A DNA stretch of 63,426 nucleotides, filler included, from Octopus bimaculoides (Eukaryota), in the NCBI RefSeq assembly GCF_001194135.2. It is 7 parts of 7 records of this genome, joined end to end, with 100 filler letters (N's around TTAATTAATTAA, not from the genome) between each part and the next. Parts side by side here need not be neighbours in the genome. Positions count along the whole stretch, not along the records: positions 61,926 to 63,426 come from NC_068987.1; 6 more parts are not named here. One strand, given 5' to 3'. This document shows positions 63,140 through 63,426 of the stretch, one piece after another. Under the pieces are notes generated by a model that worked only from the letters and a program-made list of their open reading frames with translations, was not told where the DNA came from and did no database searches. Within the stretch, counting starts at the first letter, position 1, and each line of letters begins with the position of its first letter. Position numbers and translations under genes: made by a program.

Positions 63140-63426
63140 TTCAGTAGTTTTATTTTTATAACGTGCTTTCACTTCACTACCGAGCTCAGCTCTGTGCGCC
63201 TTGGGTATGTGCTGTGGTTTGCTGTGGTGCTCTTATGTTTACTGTATTGAAAGTGTTTTGCGTAGAATGTGTGCAGTACCCAGTAGTGCAATTTTCTGTA
63301 TGATATATATATTTGTAAGTCCTGGTGTTTTTGTTATGTATTTGTCTGAATATTTTTTTATTATACCTAAGGCACCTACTATGATAGGAATTGTTTCTGA
63401 TTTTAGATTCCACATTCGAGTTATCT
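63140..63426 (-). mobile_element. 3' end of a second, different Dong/R4-type LINE
   Basis: Minus frame ITRMWNLKSETIPIIVGALGIIKKYSDKYITKTPGLTNIYIIQKIALLGTAHILRKTLSIQ* (stop 63241-63239), a 3' UTR of about 100 nt, then (TAA)n at 63119-63139. Confidence 0.85.

Overview
Eukaryotic (animal) genomic DNA: AT-rich, dense in microsatellites and transposable elements, and broken by many N gaps. The repeat families and microsatellite load look most like an octopus/coleoid cephalopod draft assembly (inference, no database search). There are no prokaryotic features, CRISPR arrays or rRNA genes, and most ORFs in the supplied track are artefacts of microsatellites or N runs. The only confidently recognised host gene piece is one coding exon of an alkaline phosphatase (38447-38667, minus strand), with clean splice sites; I found no other exons of it. 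The rest is mostly TE debris: RTE, Dong/R4-type, L1/Tx1 and Penelope-like retroelements, a DD37D (maT) Tc1/mariner transposase relic, hAT, mariner and Helentron-type non-autonomous elements, and at least three abundant SINE-like families. The most interesting signal is a Penelope-like 3' end (27.36-27.82 kb, minus) in which the GIY-YIG stop codon is followed by a tRNA-derived Pol III A/B-box head, an (AAT)n spacer, a minimal hammerhead-ribozyme core, a hairpin and a T4 terminator. Other notable signals are a sharp CpG-poor to CpG-rich switch at about 34.1 kb that coincides with an artificial scaffold join, Dong/R4 copies sitting at (TAA)n arrays, and several local inverted or direct duplications. 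Six TTAATTAATTAA motifs inside 100-bp gaps are assembly linkers, not biology.
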